Shown: positions 1 to 9,057 of the stretch, one piece after another | Layout of the letters: each line of letters begins with the position of its first letter | Position numbering within the stretch: the stretch's first letter is position 1 | Assembly: GCA_042408215.1 (NCBI GenBank) | Contig: JAYFMW010000022.1 | Coordinates: 1-64,000 of the forward strand | Direction: 5' to 3' | Source: Microcoleus sp. | Lineage (GTDB): Bacteria > Cyanobacteriota > Cyanobacteriia > Cyanobacteriales > Microcoleaceae | DNA: 64,000 nucleotides | The notes under the pieces: model-generated | Database searches by the model: none | Seen by the model: the letters and a program-made list of their open reading frames with translations, nothing else | Told to the model about the DNA's origin: nothing | Position numbers and translations under genes: made by a program

Positions 1-20
1 CGCACTCCCCAACAAAATCC

Positions 21-1199
21 ATGCTTCCCCGCATCCAAGAACTAGCCGTCACCCTCGCCCCCCGCTTAATCGAAATTCGCCGCCACATCCACTCTCACCC
101 CGAACTCAGCGGCCAAGAATATCAAACCGCCGCCTATGTAGCCGGAGTTCTCGCATCCTGCGGAGTTCGCGCCACCGAAGGAGTAGGCAAAACCGGCGTC
201 ATCGGCGAACTCAAAGGCCATAGCAGCGAGTCCCGGTGGCTAGCAATTCGCACCGATATGGACGCTTTACCGATTCAAGAACGCACAAACTTAGAATTTG
301 CCTCAAAAAACCAAGGAGTCATGCACGCCTGCGGCCACGACATCCACACCACGGTTGGTTTAGGCACGGCGATGATATTATCTCAGTTGGAGGAAAAATT
401 ACCCGGTCACGTCCGCTTCTTGTTTCAGCCAGCAGAGGAGATAGCCCAAGGCGCGCGCTGGATGATTGCAGACGGCGCGATGAAAGACGTTGAGGGCATC
501 CTCGGATTGCACGTTTTTCCGACGATTCCCGGCGGTTCCGTGGGAATTCGTCACGGGGCACTGACGGCGGCGGCAGATGACCTAGAATTGATTGTGATCG
601 GCGAATCTGGCCACGGAGCGCGTCCCCACGAGGCGATCGACGCGATTTGGATAGCTTCCCAGATTATTACTACTTTGCAGCAGGCCATTAGTAGAACGCA
701 AAATCCCTTGAGGCCAGTGGTTTTGACGATCGGGCAAATTAGCGGCGGACGAGCACCAAATGTGATTGCCGATCGCGTAAAATTATTAGGAACCGTGCGA
801 TCGCTCCATCCCGAAACCCACGAAAAACTTCCCGCTTGGATCGAACAAATTGTCGCCAGCGTCTGTCAGTCTTACGGCGCTAGCTACGAACTCACCTATA
901 AACGGGGTGTACCGGGAGTGCAAAACGATCCAAGTCTCACCCAATTAGTAGAAGCCGCAGCTTTAGAAACTTTAGGGCGATCGCAAGTCCAAATTTTACC
1001 AGAACCCTCCCTCGGCGCCGAAGATTTTTCGATGTATCTAGAACACGCACCGGGAACCATGTTTCGCTTGGGAGTGGGATTGAAAGATCAACCCAACTAT
1101 CCCCTCCATCATCCGCAATTTGAGGTCGATGAATCTGCTATAATTACTGGCGTTGTCACCTTGGCCAGTGCTGCTTACAAATACTGGAAACAGAATTAA
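21..1199 (+). CDS. M20 family amidohydrolase (N-acyl-L-amino acid amidohydrolase)
   Basis: Motifs RRHIHSHPELS, RTDMDALP, MHACGHD, FQPAEE, GAEDF. Confidence 0.92.
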   Translation: MLPRIQELAVTLAPRLIEIRRHIHSHPELSGQEYQTAAYVAGVLASCGVRATEGVGKTGVIGELKGHSSESRWLAIRTDMDALPIQERTNLEFASKNQGVMHACGHDIHTTVGLGTAMILSQLEEKLPGHVRFLFQPAEEIAQGARWMIADGAMKDVEGILGLHVFPTIPGGSVGIRHGALTAAADDLELIVIGESGHGARPHEAIDAIWIASQIITTLQQAISRTQNPLRPVVLTIGQISGGRAPNVIADRVKLLGTVRSLHPETHEKLPAWIEQIVASVCQSYGASYELTYKRGVPGVQNDPSLTQLVEAAALETLGRSQVQILPEPSLGAEDFSMYLEHAPGTMFRLGVGLKDQPNYPLHHPQFEVDESAIITGVVTLASAAYKYWKQN

Positions 1200-1236
1200 G
1201 GGATTAATAGGGGTGGGTTCACCAACATCTATGTTT

Positions 1237-1329
1237 TAGGACTTACGCACAGATAACGCAATTCTTTCATTGCGAGAGAAGCGAAGCAATCTCAAAGCCT
1301 TGTTAAACCATGACAATGCGTAAGTCCTA
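1237..1329. mobile_element. MITE-like element with TIR TAGGACTTACGCA
   Basis: 13-bp perfect inverted repeat taggacttacgca...tgcgtaagtccta flanked by a direct repeat tgttt; single ends of the same TIR also occur near 2276 and 35271. Confidence 0.7.
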
Positions 1330-1442
1330 TGTTTATTAACCGCAATCTAAATAAACCCGCCCCCACCAATTTCCCTGTCTTTGATTGAGAATACCGATTT
1401 AATCATATACTTATTAGGCTTCAACTCTCAGTTTTTTAAATA

Positions 1443-1550
1443 TATAGCCTTTCTCAGAAAGATGAGGTACGACTGGGCATAGGGCATGGGGCATGGGGCA
1501 TAGGGCATAGGGTTCCGTGGGCATACCTCACTTTTTTGAGAACCGCTATA
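1443..1550. mobile_element. MITE-like element (TATAG..GAGGTA ends) containing gggcat(a/g) heptamer repeats
   Basis: Imperfect TIR tatagcctttctca..gaggta / tacctca..tgagaaccgctata. Confidence 0.6.
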
Positions 1551-1686
1551 GAAGATTACCAAGCTGCTTTTATAGAAAGCCACCTGGATACCGAAACACT
1601 AGGCAAATCTGGAAGGAAAGTGGCGGCCATGCACTTGGGTGGTGTAACCATCGAATGTTTACTAAAAGCCATGATTTTTGGATCTT
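1551..1686 (+). pseudogene. HEPN-domain protein N-terminal fragment
   Basis: Manual translation EDYQAAFIESHLDTETLGKSGRKVAAMHLGGVTIECLLKAMIFGS; the GG..IECLLKA helix is HEPN-like; bounded by MITEs on both sides. Confidence 0.55.
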
Positions 1687-1930
1687 TATAGTGGTTTTCA
1701 ACCCCATGAGGTACAAGCCGATCGATGCCCTAGGCCCTAGGGCGTGTTTTCAAACTCTCCAATCAGATCCCGATCCCCCTAAATCCCCCTTAAAAAGGGG
1801 GACTTTGAGACTCTTTCTCCCCCCTTTTTAAGGGGGGCTGGGGGGGATCTAAGACTTTGAAAACACGCCCTAGGCCCTAGGCCCTAGGCCCTAGGCCCTA
1901 GCGTACCTCATTGAACAGAGAAGGGCTATA
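1687..1930. mobile_element. Three-level nested MITE composite
   Basis: Outer tatag..gaggtac/gtacctc..gctata; middle gggcgtgttttcaaa/tttgaaaacacgccc (1740-1870); inner gatccccctaaatccccc..ggggggatc (1772-1849). Confidence 0.75.
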
Positions 1931-2210
1931 AAACCCTGTCAAGAAATCAAAGAAGCATCTCCTGATTTGACTAATATTTTTGATAATTGTCATGGAAATT
2001 CAGCCTTTTTTAGAAAAAGAATAATTGCCAAAAATATGGCATAATTCAGCACATGATATTGTAGAAAATCTTGAAAATTTTGTTGAGATCGTGAGCAAAA
2101 TAGGCATTCTTGAATGGCGCGAAAAAGAGCGACGCTATAAATGCGCGGATATCTATGTATATGGTTTTGAGATGGAGCGCAGAGGCACATTATGGAAATT
2201 TCTCAAATAA
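1931..2210 (+). pseudogene. C-terminal gene remnant with frameshift and stop, possibly from a P-loop ATPase
   Basis: KPCQEIKEASPDLTNIFD / EIQPFLEKE*LPKIW...KIGILEWREKERRYKCADIYVYGFEMERRG; family assignment is by recall only. Confidence 0.4.
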
Positions 2211-2392
2211 TGCAGGAGTCAAAAATAGTTGACATCGATCGCAGTTTGCAAGTAAAAAGCGATATATAGTCTGCCTGCGTAAGTCCTGCTAGAATGTCTT
2301 GCATAGCAGATTCCGACTCTTGGCATGAGTCGCGTTGCCTCCCTGGTTAGGAGTGCTTTCTGGAGGGGTGCTGAATTGTTAGGAGGACTGTT

Positions 2393-3391
2393 GTGTCAGA
2401 CCAGCAAGACCGAATTTTGCGTTTATTCATAGAGGAGGCTAAGGAGCACCTCGATACTCTAGAAAATGGTTTGGTGGATTTAAAGTCCACGATGAAAGAC
2501 CCCGAAAGCCTTCAAGAGATGTTTCGAGCAGCCCATTCCGTCAAGGGAGGGGCGGCGATGCTCGGCTTAGACAGTATTAAAACAACCGCTCACAGATTGG
2601 AAGATTGTTTTAAGATTCTCAAGGACGGGCCCGTGAAGCAGGTTGACCAAACAGCAGAATCCCTATTTTTAAAGGGAGTTGATACGCTTAAGGATTTGGT
2701 GGGGCGGATGGAAGGGCCTTTTGGCTTGAGGAGTGAAGAGGGAGAGAAACTCGTGCAGCAAATCATGCCGACGTTTGCTCAACTGGAAACTCACCTCAAT
2801 AACTTGGTTTCGGGCAAAGTTCCTGGGGTTTCTGCTAAGTCTGGTTCGTCTGGGGCTGCTCAAACAGTCACGGCGACAAATTTTGTAGCTTCAGTGATGG
2901 TATTACTGAAAGAAATGTTGCAGGTGTTCAAGCAGAAAGAGTCGGCTGCTACTCGCCAGCAGTTGTCGGATGTGTGCGTTCGCCTCTATAAGTTGGGAAC
3001 CGGTATCGAGACTTGGCAAAATTTAGTCAAAACTGCTAGAGTCGCGATCGCGAATCCCAAAAACTCTTATAAAGTGTTAGCTCCGCTGATTATCAAAGAA
3101 CTCAAGGACGCCGGAGATTTGGTGCAAGGGGGGAAAGTCAAGGCGATCGCTCCGAGTAAAAATTTACTGCTTTTGGCAACACCCCCACAAGCAGTGGCCA
3201 GCGTCCCAGCAACAGCCCCAGCAACAGCCCCAGCCACAACCCCAGCCACAACCCCAGCAGCAGCGTCGCAGCCAGTAGCACTTCCGGCAGAACCGAAGGC
3301 AGTAGTAAAGCTTTTGCTCAAAACCTTTAACAAAAAGCAACTCTCGGAAATAGCTAAGTTACTGATTCACGCGATTAAATCTTCCCCCTAG
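2393..3391 (+). CDS. Hpt (histidine phosphotransfer) domain protein resembling the CheA N-terminus, without kinase domains
   Basis: FIEEAKEHL...MFRAAHSVKGGAAMLG...AHRLED; Ala/Pro/Thr linker near the C-terminus. Confidence 0.85.
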   Translation: MSDQQDRILRLFIEEAKEHLDTLENGLVDLKSTMKDPESLQEMFRAAHSVKGGAAMLGLDSIKTTAHRLEDCFKILKDGPVKQVDQTAESLFLKGVDTLKDLVGRMEGPFGLRSEEGEKLVQQIMPTFAQLETHLNNLVSGKVPGVSAKSGSSGAAQTVTATNFVASVMVLLKEMLQVFKQKESAATRQQLSDVCVRLYKLGTGIETWQNLVKTARVAIANPKNSYKVLAPLIIKELKDAGDLVQGGKVKAIAPSKNLLLLATPPQAVASVPATAPATAPATTPATTPAAASQPVALPAEPKAVVKLLLKTFNKKQLSEIAKLLIHAIKSSP

Positions 3392-3504
3392 GACTTTGGA
3401 TGCTAGAAGGTAAAAGGATGTTAGGTTTAAATGGCATTTTTTTATGGCCACTTTCTCGGTTAGGACGTTCTTAATTGCAGAAATCATTGATTTTGTGGCA
3501 TTTC

Positions 3505-3540
3505 CCTTCTTCCTTCTTCCTTCTTCCTTCTTCCTTCCTT
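3505..3540. repeat. STRR heptamer tract (ttcttcc)
   Basis: Tandem 7-mers. Confidence 0.8.
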
Positions 3541-4062
3541 CTGCTATACCTTTGGCAACCCTGGGTTAGAATTAGTGAAATTAGGGGCGGCGTGCAACAT
3601 TGTACGAGAATTTAAAATCGAGCAGGCTTTAGAAGGCGGTAGCTTTGACACTCTGGGATCGCGAGCGAGACTGAGATTCTTGAGTCGCCCATATTTGGAC
3701 TCTCAAAGGCAACTGTCAAGGGTGTCGCTAGACGCTCAAAATAACTACCAGTATCAGAGGTATGGCAATTGCGCTTACTTTTGTGTTTAGATTGCTTTCC
3801 GAGTCCATTCTTCGACTTCGCGAGCGTACAAGTCACTCAGCCAGTTAGGTACGCTCCACAATTCACTTGTGCTTGTCTGGACAGGTTCGGCATTGCCGAG
3901 TAGCGATCCAACCCAGGAGTTTCACCTTATGAAATTGCTTCAGTGCGTAGATGGTTATTCATACTTGCGAATTCTATTGTACCAAATATTGACGGGGATT
4001 AAAATCCCCCGACTGGCTTCCCTCCCAGATCTTAAGAGACTGCGCATCCCGCATCCCGCACT

Positions 4063-4533
4063 ATGCCTGTGAAACCAATTCGTTCATTAGAAGATGCTTT
4101 AAATCGCTGTCAGGCGATGGGAATGCGCTTGAGCCGCCAGCGTCGATTTATTCTCGAACTCCTGTGGCAGGCGCAAGAACACCTCTCAGCGCGCGAAATT
4201 TACGATCGCCTGAACCAACAATCGCATTCGATCGGTCACACTTCTGTGTATCAAAATCTCGAAGCTCTTTCGAGAGAGGGGATTATTGAGTGCATAGAGC
4301 GATCGGAGGGACGCTTGTACGGCAATGTGAGTGACTCTCACTCTCACGTCAACTGTTTGGATACGGCTCAGATCCTCGACATTCATGTGGAATTGCCCAA
4401 AGACTTGATCGCACAAATCGAACAGCAAACAGGGGTTCGGATTGTAGATTACCGCATCGACTTCTACGGCTATCGATCGCCCGAGTCCGCCACAGAAGGC
4501 TCGATCGCCAGCGATCGGCCGCCTGCTGCGTGA
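4063..4533 (+). CDS. perR: Fur family regulator, cyanobacterial PerR/FurC type
   Basis: RLSRQRRFILELL, HLSAREIY, TSVYQNL, HSHVNC. Confidence 0.8.
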   Translation: MPVKPIRSLEDALNRCQAMGMRLSRQRRFILELLWQAQEHLSAREIYDRLNQQSHSIGHTSVYQNLEALSREGIIECIERSEGRLYGNVSDSHSHVNCLDTAQILDIHVELPKDLIAQIEQQTGVRIVDYRIDFYGYRSPESATEGSIASDRPPAA

Positions 4534-4704
4534 AGGGATCTGGAAACTTTGGCAGCAAAGCTCTACAGATATCAACAACGTTACTCATTTTGTAGAGGAT
4601 TTTTGGATTGAGAGCTGAAACTCAAAGCCGCCCTCCGGCCCGGGGCAGAAGTTAGCCAACTGCAAGACGAGGGTTTAAAGCTGTAACGTGATTCTTGGAC
4701 AAAG

Positions 4705-4890
4705 CTACCCATTGATGGCATTGTTGGGTAGCTCTCTAGCAAGTCTCTCGCTCACATCACTAAGACTGCTTGCGGTAAGCTGAACTCGTTTTTCCTCTAG
4801 CCACTTAGTAGCAGTCTCGGTCAGGCTGAGGTTGACTTTACGCTTAGGCTCGCTGTAAATCTTTTTTCTAGGCCTTTTGTTGTTCCGCAT
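4705..4890 (-). CDS. Small ribbon-helix-helix-like protein divergent from TnpB
   Basis: MRNNKRPRKKIYSEPKRKVNLSLTETATKWLEEK...SLSDVSERLAR: beta-strand followed by two helices. Confidence 0.6.
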   Translation of the reverse strand: MRNNKRPRKKIYSEPKRKVNLSLTETATKWLEEKRVQLTASSLSDVSERLARELPNNAING

Positions 4891-4936
4891 TAATTCCGCA
4901 TACAATAACAGTAAGGCAGAAATGAGGCAAAAGCAA

Positions 4937-6199
4937 ATGTTACTTAGTTTCAAAACGGAATTAAAACCTAACAACAAACAGGTGACAATATTTCGACAGC
5001 ATTGCGGAGTAGCAAGACACGCTTACAACTGGGCGAATTCAATCATCCTTGAAATATTAACAATCAGGGAGACGGATCAAAGCGTAAAGCTCCCTTCTGC
5101 CATTGATTTACACAAACGTTTAGTAGCGGAAGTCAAACCTCTGTATCCCTGGTATTATGAGTCTTCCAAGGCCAGCCCACAGCAGACTATAGTTGAATTG
5201 AGGACAGCTTGGGATAGATGCTTCAAAAAGGTATCTAAACAACCTAGATTCAAAAAAAAAGGTGTATCAGGTGACTCTTTTTATCTAGAGCAAGGAACCA
5301 AAGCAAAGCCAGGAATTAATAACGACGGCAAGCGCATCAAGTTACCTAAGATTGGTTGGGTTAGGCTGCACGAACCATTACCTATTACGGCGTTCCACAA
5401 CTGCGTAATCAGCCGAAAAGCTGACAGATGGTTTATTGCTTTTAAGTGCGAGATTGAGCAACCCGCAATTCTATCTAGCCGTCCTACCGTTGGTGTCGAT
5501 ATCGGTATCAAAGAATTAGCTGTTTGTTCTAATGGTCAAACTTTTGCTAATCCAAAGGCTTATCGTCGGATGAGCCGTAAAATGAAACATCTGCAACGAC
5601 GTGTCAGCAAACGAGTCAAAGGTTCTAATCACCGCAAAAAAGCAGTCTCAAAACTAGCCAAACTACACCTAAAAGTATCAAATATCCGAAAAGATGCTAT
5701 TCATAAGCTAACAACTTACCTCGCCAAAAACCACAGCGAGGTCAAGATTGAAGACTTACAAATTAAAGCATTTTTGAAGAACCACAAGCTAGCCGGTGCG
5801 ATCGCTGACTGTGGAATGTACGAATTCAAGCGTCAACTTGAATATAAAACCAAAAAGTTTAACTCAAAATTGACGCTCATAGATCGATTCTTTCCTAGCA
5901 GTCAAATCTGCTCAAATTGTTGTAATCATCGGCACAGAATGCCATTAAAACGTCGAGTTTTTGAATGCCCCAACTGTGGAAACATTCAAAATCGCGACCT
6001 AAACGCTGCGAAAAATATAGAACGTTGGTTTGAAGGAATATTTATTCCAGAACATTCAGAATTGGCGGTGAGTTCCACCGTGTCAGCCTGTGGAGTAGAC
6101 AAACCCGACAGCAGTCATGTTGTCGCTACTGTGAAACAGGAAGTTAACACCACAAGCACTCATGTCCAGATAAGTTTAGACTTGGGTAGCTATGGGTAA
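4937..6199 (+). CDS. tnpB: RNA-guided endonuclease TnpB (IS607 type)
   Basis: MLLSFKTELKPN start (4922 also possible); RuvC motifs VGVDIG / IEDL / RDLNAA intact; zinc finger CSNC..CPNC. Confidence 0.93.
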   Translation: MLLSFKTELKPNNKQVTIFRQHCGVARHAYNWANSIILEILTIRETDQSVKLPSAIDLHKRLVAEVKPLYPWYYESSKASPQQTIVELRTAWDRCFKKVSKQPRFKKKGVSGDSFYLEQGTKAKPGINNDGKRIKLPKIGWVRLHEPLPITAFHNCVISRKADRWFIAFKCEIEQPAILSSRPTVGVDIGIKELAVCSNGQTFANPKAYRRMSRKMKHLQRRVSKRVKGSNHRKKAVSKLAKLHLKVSNIRKDAIHKLTTYLAKNHSEVKIEDLQIKAFLKNHKLAGAIADCGMYEFKRQLEYKTKKFNSKLTLIDRFFPSSQICSNCCNHRHRMPLKRRVFECPNCGNIQNRDLNAAKNIERWFEGIFIPEHSELAVSSTVSACGVDKPDSSHVVATVKQEVNTTSTHVQISLDLGSYG

Positions 6200-6301
6200 G
6201 TTTTTCAGAACGGAAAAATATTGAGTGAACAAATAAAAATTTATCAAAAATTCAGCCTTCGGCTTCAGACTGCTTGAGGCTTTAGGATTGAACCGAATGA
6301 C

Positions 6302-6487
6302 CAAAAAACTGGGATACAAGCCCCGTCATAAGCTTGACGGCTTTTTGCTAGAATACAGATAGTCGCCGAGCGGGCATTGGGAGACTCGCTTCAGGACGTG
6401 GAGCGACGGTAAGACTACCGCTTGGGGAGCGCGTTGCTATGAAGCGTCAAGGAATCCTCGGACTTGATAGACGGGGAGGTATGTCAA
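6302..6487 (+). mobile_element. Protein-free IS200/IS605-derived element: left end + promoter + omegaRNA-like scaffold + right end
   Basis: Left end aligns gaplessly over 26 nt with that of the 36874-38356 element; 6362-6487 aligns with its TnpB 3'/omegaRNA region and ends in TCAA; extended -10 TGcTAGAAT at 6346-6354. Confidence 0.8.
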
Positions 6488-6732
6488 GAGTACCTTCTAC
6501 TGTTCTTGGTTGCACATTGCCTCCTAGATCTGTTAATAACTATTCGATAACCGTGCTTAAATAAGGATGCGGAACAGACTGCCAAAGTTTGTCACAATCC
6601 GCAATGCCAAAAGCATCAGCTTTGAACCAAAGCCCAAAATCTGAACTTTTTTATGAGCTTTGGTTCTCTGGCAACCTGCCTACCTACCAACTGGGTTAGG
6701 CGACCTAGCGCATTACAGGACAGGCTGAAGTA

Positions 6733-9012
6733 ATGGCGAGACGACAATCAGACCAATTCCACACACCACCGCAATACAACCCATCCCCTAAGCCGACACC
6801 ACAGTTAAGTGCAGAGGCTCCGACAGGGGATTCTAGTTCAGAAGCAACGATGCCACCTCTAGAGAGTAAAAGAACTTTTTGGCAGTGGCAACTGATCTGG
6901 CTGAGTCTCCTGGTGGGATTTGGCATCACCGGGGCCGCTGCATTCCTGTGGTTGTTGACGATGCCACCGCCTCCAAATTGCCAACAACTGTCGCCGCTGG
7001 CGGCGGACGGGGAGCGACTTTACTGCGCTCAACAAGCAGCTAAGTCGGGCAAGCTAGAACAGCTAGAAGCTTCCATCGCACTGGTGCAGGCTTGGCCGAA
7101 AGAACACCCGCTTTACTCGCAAGGCCAACAATTGGTGGGGGACTGGTCGAAAGCCATTTTGGGATTTGCCAAGGCAAAAATTGAGATGGGCGACTTGAAA
7201 GGCGCTCTGGGGATTGTGGCGAAAATTCCGAAAACCAGTCCGTCTTACCCAGAGGTTCAGGAGGCTGTTACGGCTTGGGAGAAAAATTGGCAGGAGGGCC
7301 AAAATATTTACGATAAGGCTCAGGCAGCTTTGAAAACAGAGGATTTAAGGAAGGCATGGGATTATGCTCAAGCTCTGTTTAAGCTGGAAAATGTGTTTTG
7401 GAGTCAGAAACGCTACAACGAGTTAGTCCAGCAGATCGCTTTGGAAAGAAACGGCTGGCAGCGCTTGCAAGAGGCGAGAAATATGGCGCAGGAGGGAACT
7501 CCGCAAAAGTTCGCTGAGGCGATTATATTGGCTCGCAAAATAGATCCGCAGCTCTTGGCGCGCGCCAAAGCGGAGCAGGAAATCGCAGGCTGGAGCCGGA
7601 TTTTGCTGGCAATGGCTACTAAGCAGTTGGCGGCGAAAAACCTCCCTGGGGCGATCGATGCTGCTTCTGTCGTACCACAGGATTCGCCTCTGTTTGCGGA
7701 AGCTCAAGATTTGATGCAATTGGGTAGAGCTCAGGCGGTGACATGGAACCAGTCGATTACAACACCCCTGGGAGAACACATTTTTAGCTTGCTCGAAGGC
7801 CAGGGGGCTGCTAGTCAAATTGCTCCAGGCCGTCCTCTATACCAGCAGGCTCAAACTCAAATAGAAAATTTGCAGGTGCAGTTTCAAGATTTGCTAAGGC
7901 TGCAAGTGGCGAGCACGATCGCCAGTTTGGGTCAGTCTGGGACGTTTGAGGTGGCGATCGAGCAAGCCCAAAGGATCGGCCCTAAGCAGCCGCGACGGGT
8001 GCACGCTCAAACTTTGATCGCTGGTTGGCGCAAGGAAATTCAGCGGATAGAAGACCAAGCTTTTCTGATGCTGGCGAAGCAGTTGGCAGAACCGGGAACG
8101 GTTGAGGGACTCAAAGGTGGCATTGCTCAGGCACTTCTGATCGCTCAAAATCGGCCCCGCAGAATAGAGGCGCAAACTCTGCTCGCGAGCTGGACGAAAC
8201 GCATAGAAGTGATTCAAGATCAGCCTTTTTTGGACGAAGCCCTGGCCCTGGCGAAGCAAGGAAAACTTAGCGCAGCGATCGAGACCGCATCGGAAATTAA
8301 GAGCGGTAGGATTCTGTACGCCAAAGCTCAGGAGAATGTCGATCAGTGGGTGGGCGAACTGCAAGTGGCTCAAGATCGACCGATTCTCGATCGAGCTGCT
8401 GAATTGGCGTCTCAAGGCCGACTAGGAGCAGCAATCAATATGGCTTCCCAAATCAGCTACGGTAGGGCGCTGCACTCTGAGGCGGCGGGTGCGATCGGGC
8501 GCTGGAGTGCGGAACTGAGAGCCAACACAGCACCCCCACCGGCGGCGGAGCGCGATCGCTCTTCGGAGCAGGCGCGAGAGGAGCAGTACGCCCCGGCTCC
8601 GGCGCGAGAGGAGGAATACGCCCCGGAGCCTCGGCGAGAGGAGCAGTACGCGCCTCCTCCCGAACCGGAGCCGGCTGCTGAGCCTTACTATCCGCCAGCC
8701 CAACAAGAGGCCCCGGCTCCTGAACCAGAGCCTTATTATCCGCCAGCCCGAGAACCAGAGCCTTATTATCCGCCAGCTCGAGAACCGGAGCCTTATTATC
8801 CGCCAGCTCGAGAACCGGAGCCTTATTATCCGCCAGCTCGAGAACCGGAGCCTTATTATCCGCCAGCTCGAGAACCGGAGCCTTATTATCCGCCAGCTCG
8901 AGAACCGGAGCCGGCTCCCGAACCCGCTCAGGCTCCGGAGCCCGAACCCGCCCCGCCTCCTCCGATTCCTGAGTCGGGTGGGCCTCCTGATGCTAATTTG
9001 ATCCCGGAGTAA
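6733..9012 (+). CDS. Conserved cyanobacterial membrane-anchored helical-repeat protein with Pro/Tyr/Glu-rich tail
   Basis: One N-terminal TM segment, TPR-like repeats, C-terminal PEPYYPPARE repeats. Confidence 0.8.
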   Translation: MARRQSDQFHTPPQYNPSPKPTPQLSAEAPTGDSSSEATMPPLESKRTFWQWQLIWLSLLVGFGITGAAAFLWLLTMPPPPNCQQLSPLAADGERLYCAQQAAKSGKLEQLEASIALVQAWPKEHPLYSQGQQLVGDWSKAILGFAKAKIEMGDLKGALGIVAKIPKTSPSYPEVQEAVTAWEKNWQEGQNIYDKAQAALKTEDLRKAWDYAQALFKLENVFWSQKRYNELVQQIALERNGWQRLQEARNMAQEGTPQKFAEAIILARKIDPQLLARAKAEQEIAGWSRILLAMATKQLAAKNLPGAIDAASVVPQDSPLFAEAQDLMQLGRAQAVTWNQSITTPLGEHIFSLLEGQGAASQIAPGRPLYQQAQTQIENLQVQFQDLLRLQVASTIASLGQSGTFEVAIEQAQRIGPKQPRRVHAQTLIAGWRKEIQRIEDQAFLMLAKQLAEPGTVEGLKGGIAQALLIAQNRPRRIEAQTLLASWTKRIEVIQDQPFLDEALALAKQGKLSAAIETASEIKSGRILYAKAQENVDQWVGELQVAQDRPILDRAAELASQGRLGAAINMASQISYGRALHSEAAGAIGRWSAELRANTAPPPAAERDRSSEQAREEQYAPAPAREEEYAPEPRREEQYAPPPEPEPAAEPYYPPAQQEAPAPEPEPYYPPAREPEPYYPPAREPEPYYPPAREPEPYYPPAREPEPYYPPAREPEPYYPPAREPEPAPEPAQAPEPEPAPPPPIPESGGPPDANLIPE
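8722..8912 (+). repeat. Intragenic 30-bp tandem repeat, 6 full copies plus a partial
   Basis: gaacc(a/g)gagccttattatccgccagc(t/c)cga. Confidence 0.95.
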
Positions 9013-9057
9013 TTGAGTTGAGATTCGGCCTTCGGCCTTCTATCTTGTGATGAAAGG

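Larger units (their letters stand above)
4673..6213 (+). mobile_element. IS607-like non-autonomous element (RHH + TnpB)
   Basis: IS607-type TnpB N-terminus; right end ...gtaagtttttcagaacgg; gctaccc/gggtagc motifs at both ends; left boundary approximate (after a GG run). Confidence 0.65.

Noticed and set aside
1517..1831. 104-aa ORF
   Set aside because: Runs through MITEs in a different frame from the HEPN-like fragment
3575..4060. Short ORFs or ncRNA upstream of the Fur gene
   Set aside because: Some hairpins, but no recognisable protein or RNA family
4937..6199. Nuclease-dead TnpB (TldR-like regulator) at either TnpB locus
   Set aside because: All three RuvC acidic residues are present in both proteins
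6488..6507. In-window target for the stand-alone guide
   Set aside because: Only short (~8-nt) matches such as gagtacct were noticed by eye; no convincing protospacer
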